Source: a virus. Taken from it: DNA of 64,000 bases. The notes under the pieces are model-generated. The model was not told where the DNA came from. It did not search any database and was given only the letters and a program-made list of their open reading frames with translations. The stretch is taken from positions 3,083-67,082 of the IMG/VR virus record IMGVR_UViG_3300005549_000009. One strand, 5' to 3'. This document shows positions 44,651-53,742 of the stretch, piece by piece. The position numbers and the translations under genes were made by a program. Positions within the stretch are counted from its first letter, which is position 1, and every line of letters begins with the position of its first letter.

Positions 44651-45073
44651 ATGGGCACACGAGCGGATTTCTATATTGGACGCGGCGAGAAAGCTGAGTG
44701 GTTAGGCAGCATTGCATTTGATGGCTATCCCGATGGCATCAGCAAAGACAAGTCAGTTTTCAATATTGCCAGTGAGTCGGGCTTTCGCGAACTGGTAGCA
44801 CAAATCTTGCAATCCAGGAATGATGCGACGCTGCCGAGCCAAGGCTGGCCCTGGCCCTGGGAAGATAGCCGGACCACAGATTACGCTTACGCCTTCGATC
44901 AGGGTAAGATATGGGCCAGTAACTTCGGTTACGAATGGTTCGATCCACTACAAGAGGAGCCCGAAGACTCGCTCAAGACTGCTGTTTTCCCAGACATGCG
45001 GGCTAGGCAGAAAGTCGCGCTTGGTCCTCGCAGTGGGTTAATTATTATTCACACGAAAACACCAGACCAATGA
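44651..45073 (+). CDS. Phage hypothetical protein
   Basis: MGTRADFY...DGYP...WPWPW. Confidence 0.7.
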   Translation: MGTRADFYIGRGEKAEWLGSIAFDGYPDGISKDKSVFNIASESGFRELVAQILQSRNDATLPSQGWPWPWEDSRTTDYAYAFDQGKIWASNFGYEWFDPLQEEPEDSLKTAVFPDMRARQKVALGPRSGLIIIHTKTPDQ

Positions 45074-45723
45074 CAAAGGACGCTGTATATACTGAGACAA
45101 TGACTAGAATTTATAGGGATTCTAACACCCTGAACCAGCTCGGCCGCAAGAACCCGCTCCAGCTGCTTTGGATGGCTCGCGGCTGCGAGGTTCTGCGCGA
45201 GTGCGGCTACGACCCGATCCCGCAAGCGGGCTCCTGTTTCTGGCAGATGGATGGTCCTGGCGGAGGCGTCTCCGTGTATCCCGAAGTATTCGACGCGCAC
45301 GGCAACTTGCCCAAGATTGGCCACAAGATCGAAAACCAGTTACCGGAGATGCATTGCTGGCTATTCGAACGGCAGACCAATTGCCTGATTGATTTCGGTA
45401 TCGAGCTGCTGAAGACCAAAGCCGAGCGCGCTTTCGGTCCTGGTCACGAGCACCCCATCGCCACCGATTTTCTGTGGCAACCGGTCAATACCATTTGCGG
45501 CATTGGCTACCAGCCTTCCGAGCTAGCAGCCAGCATCGCCGCCCGTGTCTGGGCGAAGCTGGTTACGGGGCCGCTTAGACTGATGCTTCAATGCGACTGC
45601 GGCCGCGTCCAGCGCCTCGGCTCCTGGAGCAACGGGCTGCCGAGCCCGAACAGCGTGCCGTGGCGGGGGCCACGAGCTTGGGCCGTGTGTCCGAGCTGCA
45701 GGACGAGGGGGGTGGCGGCGTGA
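45070..45723 (+). CDS. Hypothetical protein (possible papain-like fold) with Zn ribbon
   Basis: QAGS...EMHCW...LIDF; CDCG...CPSC. Confidence 0.6.
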   Translation: MTKDAVYTETMTRIYRDSNTLNQLGRKNPLQLLWMARGCEVLRECGYDPIPQAGSCFWQMDGPGGGVSVYPEVFDAHGNLPKIGHKIENQLPEMHCWLFERQTNCLIDFGIELLKTKAERAFGPGHEHPIATDFLWQPVNTICGIGYQPSELAASIAARVWAKLVTGPLRLMLQCDCGRVQRLGSWSNGLPSPNSVPWRGPRAWAVCPSCRTRGVAA

Positions 45724-45935
45724 GCAGTGATGCAGCAAGGTATCTGGCAGGGAAAATAGTTCACGATCTTTTCACGAACGGTATCGGGGATCGAGCTTCC
45801 AGGCTTGTGCTGGAGCTGTCGAATGAGAAGCGTGACGGCGGAGGTTGGTCCGAATATGCTGCGAGCATTAGAATTGAGCAGATCATTGATGCTGCATTGC
45901 GAGATGGAATTATTTTGTCAGGTCCGAAGTTTTAG
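45720..45935 (+). CDS. Hypothetical protein
   Basis: GTGA overlap. Confidence 0.55.
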   Translation: MSSDAARYLAGKIVHDLFTNGIGDRASRLVLELSNEKRDGGGWSEYAASIRIEQIIDAALRDGIILSGPKF

Positions 45936-45939
45936 CCTC

Positions 45940-46174
45940 CATACTCCCGAGACGAGTGACTCTGCGACGGCGGGGCTACGGCGTGCTAGGGTCGTGGGGC
46001 GAGGGCGCAGCCAGGTGCGCTAGCTGAGAAAGCGGGGGACGCCTCGAGCCTGGATAGTTTCGTAACCAAACGAACAGAGACCCACGGTTCTCGGCGCTGA
46101 AAGCGTCGAATGCCACTGCGCTGGTTTTCAGCTTGGCGCAGCAAAGACGAGCCGAGCGCCGTGGGCAGTTTTTT
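45940..46174 (+). ncRNA. Candidate structured RNA (~230 nt gap)
   Basis: CCCACGG/CCGTGGG and CTCGGC/GCCGAG close a multi-branch domain (46081-46165), followed by T6. Confidence 0.55.
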
Positions 46175-46381
46175 ATGACGCAGAGAGTCAACCTAAGACG
46201 CCACATGTCGAAGCCAGGAACTGAAAAGGCTTGGGAGTTCTGGCGGCAAAGTGGCCACCGGATCTTCATCCCTAAATCGGTAGTGAGTCACATCTCGCAA
46301 ACTGGGTTATACGACACGAGCGACTTCTGCGCGGTGCAAGTGGAAGTCGAGGAATGGTTCGCGGAAAAGGAAGGGCTATGA
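46175..46381 (+). CDS. Hypothetical protein
   Basis: TEKAW...FIPKS...EEWFAEKEGL. Confidence 0.65.
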   Translation: MTQRVNLRRHMSKPGTEKAWEFWRQSGHRIFIPKSVVSHISQTGLYDTSDFCAVQVEVEEWFAEKEGL

Positions 46382-46572
46382 GTGCGGAGAATCATTGGGA
46401 TGAAACCAACTACGAAAAAGGATGGACCGATGGGTACAACGGCCGCCATGCAAATCCATTCGCCCTCGATTCTTGGGCTGGGCTCGATTACGAAGAAGGT
46501 TACAACGATGCGGTCGCTGGCCATATCAATGCCAAGAAGTTTCTAGGAAAGGACTTCATTGAGCCAAAATAA
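46378..46572 (+). CDS. Small YxxGWxDG-repeat protein (Rmf-like pattern)
   Basis: YEKGWTDG...NPF...YEEGYNDA. Confidence 0.55.
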   Translation: MSAENHWDETNYEKGWTDGYNGRHANPFALDSWAGLDYEEGYNDAVAGHINAKKFLGKDFIEPK

Positions 46573-46798
46573 AAAGAAACGCACTCCAGCAACCTGGGGC
46601 AGCATCTTTCGTAACGCGGTAGCTCGTGGCGAGGATCACGGTTACGCTGCTTCGCTGGCTGATGCTTGGGAACGACGGCAGGCGAAACGAGACTTTAACA
46701 AAACCAAAACGATGCCTCTTGCATCGCCGTCTGAACCGGTGAGAAGCCGTCTGGAGTCAGACCTAGCGGCGAGAAGCCGGGGCGGTGCAAGGGGCTGA
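46559..46798 (+). CDS. Hypothetical protein
   Basis: TTG start with AAGGA RBS. Confidence 0.5.
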   Translation: MSQNKKKRTPATWGSIFRNAVARGEDHGYAASLADAWERRQAKRDFNKTKTMPLASPSEPVRSRLESDLAARSRGGARG

Positions 46799-46805
46799 AA
46801 CTCCA

Positions 46806-47150
46806 ATGACCATCCTCGTCTGTGGCGGCCGCGACTACAACGACGCCGAAACCTTCAGAGCCTTCATGGACGCGATCCTGGACAGCTACGGTCCCTTCGA
46901 GAAGCTGATCCACGGCGGCCAAGACGGAGCCGATGCCTTGGCCGAAGCCTGGGCCAGCGAGCACGGTATCCCGACGCAACCGTTCCCAGCGGACTGGCAG
47001 CAGTTCGGCAAGTCAGCCGGGCCACGGCGCAACGCGGAGATGCTGAAGCTGGGGCAGCCGGATCTGGTGGTCGCGTTTCCTGGCAACCGGGGGACGGAGG
47101 ACATGGTGGCCAAGGCTACCAGGGCGGGCGTGCGGGTTGTGCGGGTGTGA
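46806..47150 (+). CDS. DUF2493 / SLOG (YspA-like) protein
   Basis: ILVCGGRDY, IHGG.DGAD, AGPRRNAEML, AFPG.RGT.DM. Confidence 0.9.
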   Translation: MTILVCGGRDYNDAETFRAFMDAILDSYGPFEKLIHGGQDGADALAEAWASEHGIPTQPFPADWQQFGKSAGPRRNAEMLKLGQPDLVVAFPGNRGTEDMVAKATRAGVRVVRV

Positions 47151-47153
47151 GTT

Positions 47154-47924
47154 ATGAGCGAAACCAACATCGCATGGACAGATTTTTCGTTCAATATCGT
47201 CATCGGTTGCACAAAGATTGATCCCGGCTGCGCTAATTGCTACGCAGAAACGATGTCAAAGCGGATGGGCCGCGATGTGTGGGGGCCGGGCAAACCCAGA
47301 GACATTCTCTCGGAGAATTACTGGAATCAGCCGTTGAAATGGAACAAAAAAGCGGCAGCTGGCTACGCAGGAGTATTGGGATTGGGCTATCCGCTCTTGG
47401 TTTTTTGCTCTAGCATGGCGGATGTGTGGGAAGACCATGAAACGGTAACGCAGCAGCGAGCGAGGCTATGGCCACTGATTCGAGCCACACCGAATCTGCA
47501 TTGGCAGCTGCTCACTAAGCGAGCTGATCGTATCGCCGAAAATCTTCCTGAAGACTGGGGCAACGGTTATCTGAACGTATGGTTGGGCGTTTCTGTTTCG
47601 GAACCAAAAGGACTCTGGCGAATTATGGACCTACGGAAGATACCGGCTAAGGTTCGTTTTGTCAGCTACGAGCCTTCTCTTGCTGTAATTGGATCGACAA
47701 TAGATCGACCAAACCTAGCGGGCATTGATTGGGTTATTAGTGGCGGCGAAAGCGGTCCAAATTTTAGGAAGGATGATCCAAGGTGGCATCACTTGATGTG
47801 GAATCATTGCTCAGAACAGGGCGTTGCCTATTTCTACAAACAGAGCGCGGCTTTACGTCCCGGTAACCGACCGCTCAATCTGCCCCAACAGTTCCCAAAC
47901 ATTGATGCTGATTCACTGATATGA
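47154..47924 (+). CDS. DUF5131 (Gp37/Gp68) radical-SAM-like protein
   Basis: GCTKIDPGCANCYA, SMADVW, LLTKR, WVISGGESG. Confidence 0.92.
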   Translation: MSETNIAWTDFSFNIVIGCTKIDPGCANCYAETMSKRMGRDVWGPGKPRDILSENYWNQPLKWNKKAAAGYAGVLGLGYPLLVFCSSMADVWEDHETVTQQRARLWPLIRATPNLHWQLLTKRADRIAENLPEDWGNGYLNVWLGVSVSEPKGLWRIMDLRKIPAKVRFVSYEPSLAVIGSTIDRPNLAGIDWVISGGESGPNFRKDDPRWHHLMWNHCSEQGVAYFYKQSAALRPGNRPLNLPQQFPNIDADSLI

Positions 47925-48340
47925 GCGAACAATCAGATGGTATACCAAAAATTGACGGTCGTGGCAGACATGGAAATCATAGCAAGGGCGCAAACCATTC
48001 TAGGTGGCGAGGTGGTAATCCAATTCCAGATCCTGAGAAACGCCGCATTAATGCTCATGCAAGCGCGAAGAGATACCCGCAGAAGGTGCATGCAAGGCAA
48101 GCTGTCAAAAGAGCGGTCAAGCTTGGGAGGATACCCGCAGCGAAAGATGCTCTTTGCTTTGACTGCGGAAAGCCAGCTAATCGTTACGATCATTATAATG
48201 GTTACGATAAGCCATTAGATGTGCAGCCTGTCTGTTTTAAGTGTGATGGATTGCGAAGTAGGGCGAGGAAAGAGCATTCTGGACCGAGACCTGGGGCACG
48301 CGGTCCCCTTGCTCCAAAAACTTCAACAGAACAAATCTGA
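47921..48340 (+). CDS. HNH-like Zn-finger endonuclease
   Basis: CFDCG...HYNGYDKPLDVQPVCFKC; similar to 1919..2269. Confidence 0.6.
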   Translation: MSEQSDGIPKIDGRGRHGNHSKGANHSRWRGGNPIPDPEKRRINAHASAKRYPQKVHARQAVKRAVKLGRIPAAKDALCFDCGKPANRYDHYNGYDKPLDVQPVCFKCDGLRSRARKEHSGPRPGARGPLAPKTSTEQI

Positions 48341-48951
48341 TGCCAGCCCACAAACGCAGCCCCACCGACATCGCCCGCGATGCCATCTGGATCGAGGAGC
48401 AATACATTCGTGGCATCCGCAACCCCAAGAAGATTGCCCAGCTGATGGGCAAAACGAACCGCCATTACAAGCTGAGCGGCGATCAGATCAAGAAGGACCT
48501 GGACAAGATGCGAGCGGCCTGGCGGGGCCGTTTTGGGGAACAGATGAAAACGGCCGCCGAGCAGACGCTGGCTACGCTGGACCTGCAAGAAGCCGAGCTG
48601 TGGGCCGCCTGGGAGCGGAGCAAATCCAACGAGCATACGGAGACCGAGAAAACGAAGCAGATGGCCGTGGTCCAGAACGATGGTATCGGGCAGCTGATGC
48701 CAGTCTCTGAAACTGAGCGCGGCAAGAAAGACGTTGGCCAGGTTGGTGACCCGAGTTTCCAGCGGCTGATCCTGGACATTCAGATTCGGCGCTGCCGGTT
48801 GCTGGGTCTGGACCGGCCGCAAAAGATGCAGGTCGAGCACGCGGGGGCTATCGCGGCCACGGTGGATATCGACTCCCTGAATTTGGATCTGGAGACTAGG
48901 AAAAAACTGCTCGAAGCGGTGCGGGCGTCCAATGGTGCTGGACGAGTTTAA
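48340..48951 (+). CDS. terS: Terminase small subunit
   Basis: HTH-like N-terminus, RRCRLLGLD; directly upstream of terL. Confidence 0.8.
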   Translation: MPAHKRSPTDIARDAIWIEEQYIRGIRNPKKIAQLMGKTNRHYKLSGDQIKKDLDKMRAAWRGRFGEQMKTAAEQTLATLDLQEAELWAAWERSKSNEHTETEKTKQMAVVQNDGIGQLMPVSETERGKKDVGQVGDPSFQRLILDIQIRRCRLLGLDRPQKMQVEHAGAIAATVDIDSLNLDLETRKKLLEAVRASNGAGRV

Positions 48952-50368
48952 CCTCGTTGCGTCGATCACACGAGAGAGCTTCTATGAGTTCGTGCGGGAG
49001 TTTTGGGACACGATCATTGCAGAAAAACCTGTCTACAATTGGCACATCAAATATCTGTGCGATGAAGTGCAGTCCATGGCCGAGCGGGTTTTCCGAGGTG
49101 AGCCTAAAGCTTACGATCTGATTATCAACTTGCCTCCAGGGTCTTCAAAGTCGTCCGTAGTTTCTCAGATGTTCCCGGCCTGGTGTTGGACGCGGTTTCC
49201 GCAAGCTCGGTTCATCTGTGGCAGCTACGCGAAGGATGTAGCCCTCAAGGATTCGATTAAGACTCGCGATATCGTCCAGAGCGAGAAATTCCAAAGGGCC
49301 TTTCCAGGTATTCAGCTCCGTGAAGATGAGAACATGAAAGGACTCTTCACCAATACGAAGATGGGTTTCCGTTACTCGGCTGGCGTGGGGGGAGCAGTCA
49401 CTGGTTACCATGGGCACTTTCTGATTGTCGATGACCCGATCAATCCCAAGGAAGCTTTCAGCAAAGCCGATTTGTTCACGGCCAACAATTGGATGACGAA
49501 CACGCTCAGTAGTCGAAAAGTAAATAGGGAGGTGTCAGTGACGATCCTGATCCAGCAGCGATTGCATCAGATGGACCCAACTGGAGACTGGCTTGAACGC
49601 AATCAAGGCGTCGGCATCAAACACATCTGCTTGCCTGGTGAGCTGCTGAAAGACAAAAACGGAGACGTGCTTTATATCAGTCCGCCAGAGCTGGCAACTT
49701 TTTACAAAAATGATTTGTTCGATCCGGTTCGGCTGCCTCGCTCTGTCCTGATCGAAGAAAAGAAAACTCTGGGGGCTTACGGTTACGCGGGGCAGATCCT
49801 TCAGCATCCGGTGCCGTTGGACGCTGGGTTCTTTGAAACCGGCAAGATCGAGTTACGCCCTGAAGCGCCCAGGAAATTGGAGCGCATCATTCGCTCCTGG
49901 GACAAGGCCGGGACTCAGAACGGTGGCAACTGGAGCGTTGGCGTCAAGATGGGTTTGGACAAGCACGGTTGCTATTGGATCGTTGATGTTGTGCGTGGAC
50001 AATGGTCGGCCACGAATCGAGAAGCCAATATCAAACAGACCGCCCAGCTGGATGGTAAAGAGGTTGAAATCGAACTGGAAATTGAGGGCGGGAGCGGCGG
50101 CAAGGAGTCCGGAGATAACACGGTCAAGATGCTGGCTGGTTACATCGTCCATGTTAGCCATCCGACTGGGGACAAGTCTTCCCGTGCTTATCAGTTTGCG
50201 TCGCAGGTCGGGGCGGGCAACGTATTTTGCTTGAATCGACCTTGGACAAAAGATTTCATCGAAGAGTTGCGCTTCTTCGATAAGGGCCTTTACGATGACC
50301 AGGTGGACGCATCTAGCGGAGCATTCAATCGGTTGACCAAACCCAGGCAACGGATAGGAGGATGGTAG
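48932..50368 (+). CDS. terL: Terminase large subunit
   Basis: NLPPGSSKS, LIVDDP, QRLH, SWDKA, DDQVDA. Confidence 0.95.
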   Translation: MVLDEFNLVASITRESFYEFVREFWDTIIAEKPVYNWHIKYLCDEVQSMAERVFRGEPKAYDLIINLPPGSSKSSVVSQMFPAWCWTRFPQARFICGSYAKDVALKDSIKTRDIVQSEKFQRAFPGIQLREDENMKGLFTNTKMGFRYSAGVGGAVTGYHGHFLIVDDPINPKEAFSKADLFTANNWMTNTLSSRKVNREVSVTILIQQRLHQMDPTGDWLERNQGVGIKHICLPGELLKDKNGDVLYISPPELATFYKNDLFDPVRLPRSVLIEEKKTLGAYGYAGQILQHPVPLDAGFFETGKIELRPEAPRKLERIIRSWDKAGTQNGGNWSVGVKMGLDKHGCYWIVDVVRGQWSATNREANIKQTAQLDGKEVEIELEIEGGSGGKESGDNTVKMLAGYIVHVSHPTGDKSSRAYQFASQVGAGNVFCLNRPWTKDFIEELRFFDKGLYDDQVDASSGAFNRLTKPRQRIGGW

Positions 50369-50371
50369 CTT

Positions 50372-50602
50372 ATGACACTCGTCGAAGAACTAGACGCCTT
50401 GCAAAAGCAGAAGGCCGCCTTGGAAGCCGAGCTTGAAGCAGCAAGAGGAATATACCGGGCTCAGGCTGACGCCCTCCAAGCGAAAGCCGACGCGCTCGAC
50501 GACCGCATCAATCAAATCCGCGCCGCCGCTACCGATGCCAGCGGCCTCAAAACGGACATCGAACGCCGCAGTAACCGACCGCCGCTCCTCCGGAAATCAT
50601 GA
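50372..50602 (+). CDS. Small coiled-coil protein
   Basis: GGAGGA RBS; heptad pattern. Confidence 0.55.
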   Translation: MTLVEELDALQKQKAALEAELEAARGIYRAQADALQAKADALDDRINQIRAAATDASGLKTDIERRSNRPPLLRKS

Positions 50603-50641
50603 CTTGCGGACTTTGGGTTGTGCGGTCACGGTAGCCAGGAA

Positions 50642-51025
50642 ATGAAACAAAGCTGGCTCTGGTCGCTGCTATCGCGGCTGATACCGGCCACCAAAAGCGA
50701 CATCAACGAACTAAGGAATATTATGGCAACCGTTAAAGAAGCTTTAGATAAGTTCAAAACCGCCGCCGAGGCCCATCAAGCTGCCCAGGAGGAGCAACTG
50801 GAGGGCATTAAAACCTCTGTCGAAGGGATTACTGGGGACTTGACCTGGATCAAAAGCGAGCTGGACCGACTTAATAACAGCCCAGGAACGATCAGCGCCG
50901 AGGACCAAGCGACCTTGGACGGCATCATTGCGAAGATGGCCAGCTTGAACGCAGGAGGAGCCGATGTTCGCAGCCGGTTGCAAGCTCTGGACAGTATGAC
51001 CCCGCCCGTGCCTCCGGTAGTCTAA
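50642..51025 (+). CDS. Coiled-coil hypothetical protein
   Basis: ORF with alternative start at 50723. Confidence 0.6.
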   Translation: MKQSWLWSLLSRLIPATKSDINELRNIMATVKEALDKFKTAAEAHQAAQEEQLEGIKTSVEGITGDLTWIKSELDRLNNSPGTISAEDQATLDGIIAKMASLNAGGADVRSRLQALDSMTPPVPPVV

Positions 51026-51051
51026 CCCTGGCTACGGTCTTAGACATTCCG

Positions 51052-51312
51052 TTGATGCCAATTGTGCTCGACGGTGAATACCTCGGAGAGAAGGATCTCT
51101 TCGAGGTTTCTGTTTTGGTTCATGGCATCGAATACCGCCAGACGTTCACCCCTGAGCAGCTGGCCGCCATGGTTAGCCGCATTGAAACTCGCTTTGAAGT
51201 GGCTGGCTTCCTGTTCGTTTACAACCAATACGACAAACGTGACATAGGCCCACGCGCTCGCCGTTCCTTCGTTCAATACTTCACAGCTCTCTTGGCGCAA
51301 GGCCGCAAGTAG
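51052..51312 (+). CDS. Hypothetical protein
   Basis: 86 aa ORF. Confidence 0.5.
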   Translation: MMPIVLDGEYLGEKDLFEVSVLVHGIEYRQTFTPEQLAAMVSRIETRFEVAGFLFVYNQYDKRDIGPRARRSFVQYFTALLAQGRK

Positions 51313-51315
51313 CCC

Positions 51316-51344
51316 TTGTTCTATTGGGTTTCTGTCCCTATGGT
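51316..51344 (+). promoter_or_regulatory. Putative sigma-70 promoter for portal
   Basis: TTGTTC-N17-TATGGT; ATG 51352 is 7 nt downstream. Confidence 0.45.
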
Positions 51345-51351
51345 CAAGGCC

Positions 51352-52758
51352 ATGACCAGCAGATTGGCCGCGAACCAGCTGAACGAGCTGACGACAAATC
51401 TCCTCCTTTCTCGGACGGCTTGGCTTCAGCGGCAGCTGGACCCAAGGCGGGACATTGGGGCTGAATGTGGGCATCCGGAGAACATCCTAACGTCTGATTA
51501 CAACCTGATGTTTGAGCGTGGGGATATCGCTCGCCGCGTGGTCAATCTTTACCCCGAAGAGAGCTGGAGCGAATCCCCCGACGTGGTGGAAGTGGAGACC
51601 AAGGCTGAAACCAATTTCGAAAAGGAATGGAAAGCTCTGGAGGATAAGCTGCGCATCTGGAGCGTGCTGCAACGAGTGGACGTGCTTTCCGGGATCGGTC
51701 GCTATGGCATCGTTTTGCTCGGCTTCGGCGACGGAAAGCCAATGAACGAGCCCGTTGAAGGGAAGACAAACCAGCTCCTATACCTGCGCCCGTTCGAAGA
51801 ATTTTACGTCGATGTTTCCACGCTCGAACAGGACGATAAGAACCCCCGTTTCGGGCTCCCGAACGTTTACAACATCCGTTTCGTTGATACTGCTTCCCAG
51901 CAGGGAGTGACGCAGCAAGCCAAGGCCATCGCCGCGCACTGGACCCGTGTGATCCACGTCGCGGATAACCGGACAAACTCGGACGTTTACGGCACCCCGC
52001 GAATGAAATGGGTTTTCAACCGGCTCTTGGACCTGCGTAAAATCGCTGGGGGCTCCGGTGAGATGTTCTGGAAAGGTGGGTTCCCCGGTATCGCGCTAGA
52101 AGCTGCCGTGCCCGGCGAGAACGTGCAGCTGGACAAGGAAGCAACCCAAGCTCAGATCGATGCTTACCAGAACGGGCTCCAACGGTATCTCGCGCTCGTC
52201 GGCATGACGGCCAAGAGTCTCGCGCCGCAAGTGGCCGATCCGACTCCGCACATGGAAGCCCAGCTGCGGTTAATTGCGGCGGCTATGAGCTGTCCTTGGC
52301 GTGTGTTCATGGGCAGCGAGCAGGGTCAGCTTGCCAGCGGCCAGGATGACAAGACTTGGAACCGCCGCGTGCAACGGAGACGGGAGGAATATGTCACGCC
52401 GTTCATCATCCGCCCCTTGTTCGAGCGGCTCATGGAATTTGGCGCGCTCCCGATATCCGAAAACTACGAGGTCAAGTGGTCCGATCCGAATACCCCCTCC
52501 GACGAAGAGAAGGCCAGCGTGGCCGAGCGGAAAGCCAATGCGCTGTTTAAGTATGTCACCGGTGGCGTGGACGCGCTCCTGCCGCCGTTCCAATTTCTCA
52601 CAATGGTGATCGGGCTCACCGATGAGGAGGCCAACGGCGTGCTCAGGGACGCTGGAGACCGGCTCCTGGAGCTGGACGCGCCTACTGAACCGGATACGCC
52701 ACTAGAACCGCTTCCAGCACCAGCGCGGAGCAACGGCGGCCCAATCTCGCGGAGATAA
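51352..52758 (+). CDS. Portal protein (DUF1073-like)
   Basis: IARRVV..YPEESW, FGLP..Y, HWTRVIH, G.EQGQLAS..D, EEKA. Confidence 0.88.
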   Translation: MTSRLAANQLNELTTNLLLSRTAWLQRQLDPRRDIGAECGHPENILTSDYNLMFERGDIARRVVNLYPEESWSESPDVVEVETKAETNFEKEWKALEDKLRIWSVLQRVDVLSGIGRYGIVLLGFGDGKPMNEPVEGKTNQLLYLRPFEEFYVDVSTLEQDDKNPRFGLPNVYNIRFVDTASQQGVTQQAKAIAAHWTRVIHVADNRTNSDVYGTPRMKWVFNRLLDLRKIAGGSGEMFWKGGFPGIALEAAVPGENVQLDKEATQAQIDAYQNGLQRYLALVGMTAKSLAPQVADPTPHMEAQLRLIAAAMSCPWRVFMGSEQGQLASGQDDKTWNRRVQRRREEYVTPFIIRPLFERLMEFGALPISENYEVKWSDPNTPSDEEKASVAERKANALFKYVTGGVDALLPPFQFLTMVIGLTDEEANGVLRDAGDRLLELDAPTEPDTPLEPLPAPARSNGGPISRR

Positions 52759-52763
52759 ACACT

Positions 52764-52985
52764 ATGGAAGAACAAACAAAATCCAAAGGCATCGCCGTAA
52801 CATGGGGCCTGCTCCGTCACATCTTAACCGGTGGCGGCGCGGCTCTGATTCAGTGGGGCATTATGACCCCGGCCCAAGCGGGTGCTCTCACCGATAACTG
52901 GGCCATCATTGGCGGCTCGATTTCGGCCATTGCTGGAGTCATTGGCAGCATCGTTTCCAAGGTTCGCAAGAAACCAGCGGCCTAA
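52764..52985 (+). CDS. Putative holin
   Basis: GLLRHILT.GG; two TMs; basic C-terminus. Confidence 0.65.
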   Translation: MEEQTKSKGIAVTWGLLRHILTGGGAALIQWGIMTPAQAGALTDNWAIIGGSISAIAGVIGSIVSKVRKKPAA

Positions 52986-53011
52986 ACAAATCGTCAAAGA
53001 GGGTAGCAAGA

Positions 53012-53500
53012 ATGAGTGATCGAACTGGGGCAGGTCCAGTGCATCAGGTTGACACGATTCCTTATGTGACGCTTCGTGAGTTTGAAATTACACGAGAATC
53101 TCAAGTCAAACTTGAAGACGAGCGGGCTTTGCGTGTTGCGGAAGCTCGCCTGGCTATGGAGCGGTTGATTGATGCGAGATTGCTGCACTTGAAGGCCGAG
53201 GTCGAAGCTAAGTTCACGGCTGAAGACAAGGCGCGGTCATTGGACCGGGCTGACACACAGAAACATTTGGAACAGTTGAACGGTGAGCAGGCCAGATTGC
53301 TAGCGGATCGGGAGCGGATGATCTCTCGCGAAAAATATGAAGCTGACCAGCATGGATTGGCCGAGTGGAAGGATTCGGTAAATGGTATTCTTTCGCTCGG
53401 GCGCGGGCGCGAAAAAGGGATAAGTTTAGCTTGGGTTGTAATCGTCGGCCTTGCTGGCCTGATATCCACACTCGTTGCGATCTTCAGCCACAAGCCATGA
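53012..53500 (+). CDS. Coiled-coil protein with C-terminal TM
   Basis: Hydrophobic C-terminus; adjacent to holin. Confidence 0.6.
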   Translation: MSDRTGAGPVHQVDTIPYVTLREFEITRESQVKLEDERALRVAEARLAMERLIDARLLHLKAEVEAKFTAEDKARSLDRADTQKHLEQLNGEQARLLADRERMISREKYEADQHGLAEWKDSVNGILSLGRGREKGISLAWVVIVGLAGLISTLVAIFSHKP

Positions 53501-53742
53501 GCAGGTTCAAATTGAAATACTTGGCGAGCGGCGAGATTGTTGGTTACGAATCGCAGCCGCTGGCCATGATTGATCTTTTGGCTGCTTATCCATCAGGAGT
53601 TGCCAAGAATCCGCACGGCGAACTGGTGACTCCGCAAACTAAGGATTGGCCGGTGCGCGATGGGCTTATTTTCACCTTCTGGAGATACGCAGGCGAGGTT
53701 GACAATCCGCAAGGAATTTTCGCACAGTTCATAGCCCTTTAA
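53497..53742 (+). CDS. Hypothetical protein
   Basis: Coupled ORF. Confidence 0.55.
   Translation: MSRFKLKYLASGEIVGYESQPLAMIDLLAAYPSGVAKNPHGELVTPQTKDWPVRDGLIFTFWRYAGEVDNPQGIFAQFIAL

Noticed and set aside
45940-46174. tRNA, tmRNA, hammerhead or c-di-GMP riboswitch identity
   Set aside because: No T-loop/CCA, CUGAUGA core or GEMM consensus found by eye
51352-52758. Possible anti-CBASS Acb1 label for the DUF1073-like gene
   Set aside because: Size and position between terL and gp7 indicate a portal; no 2H-phosphoesterase domain seen
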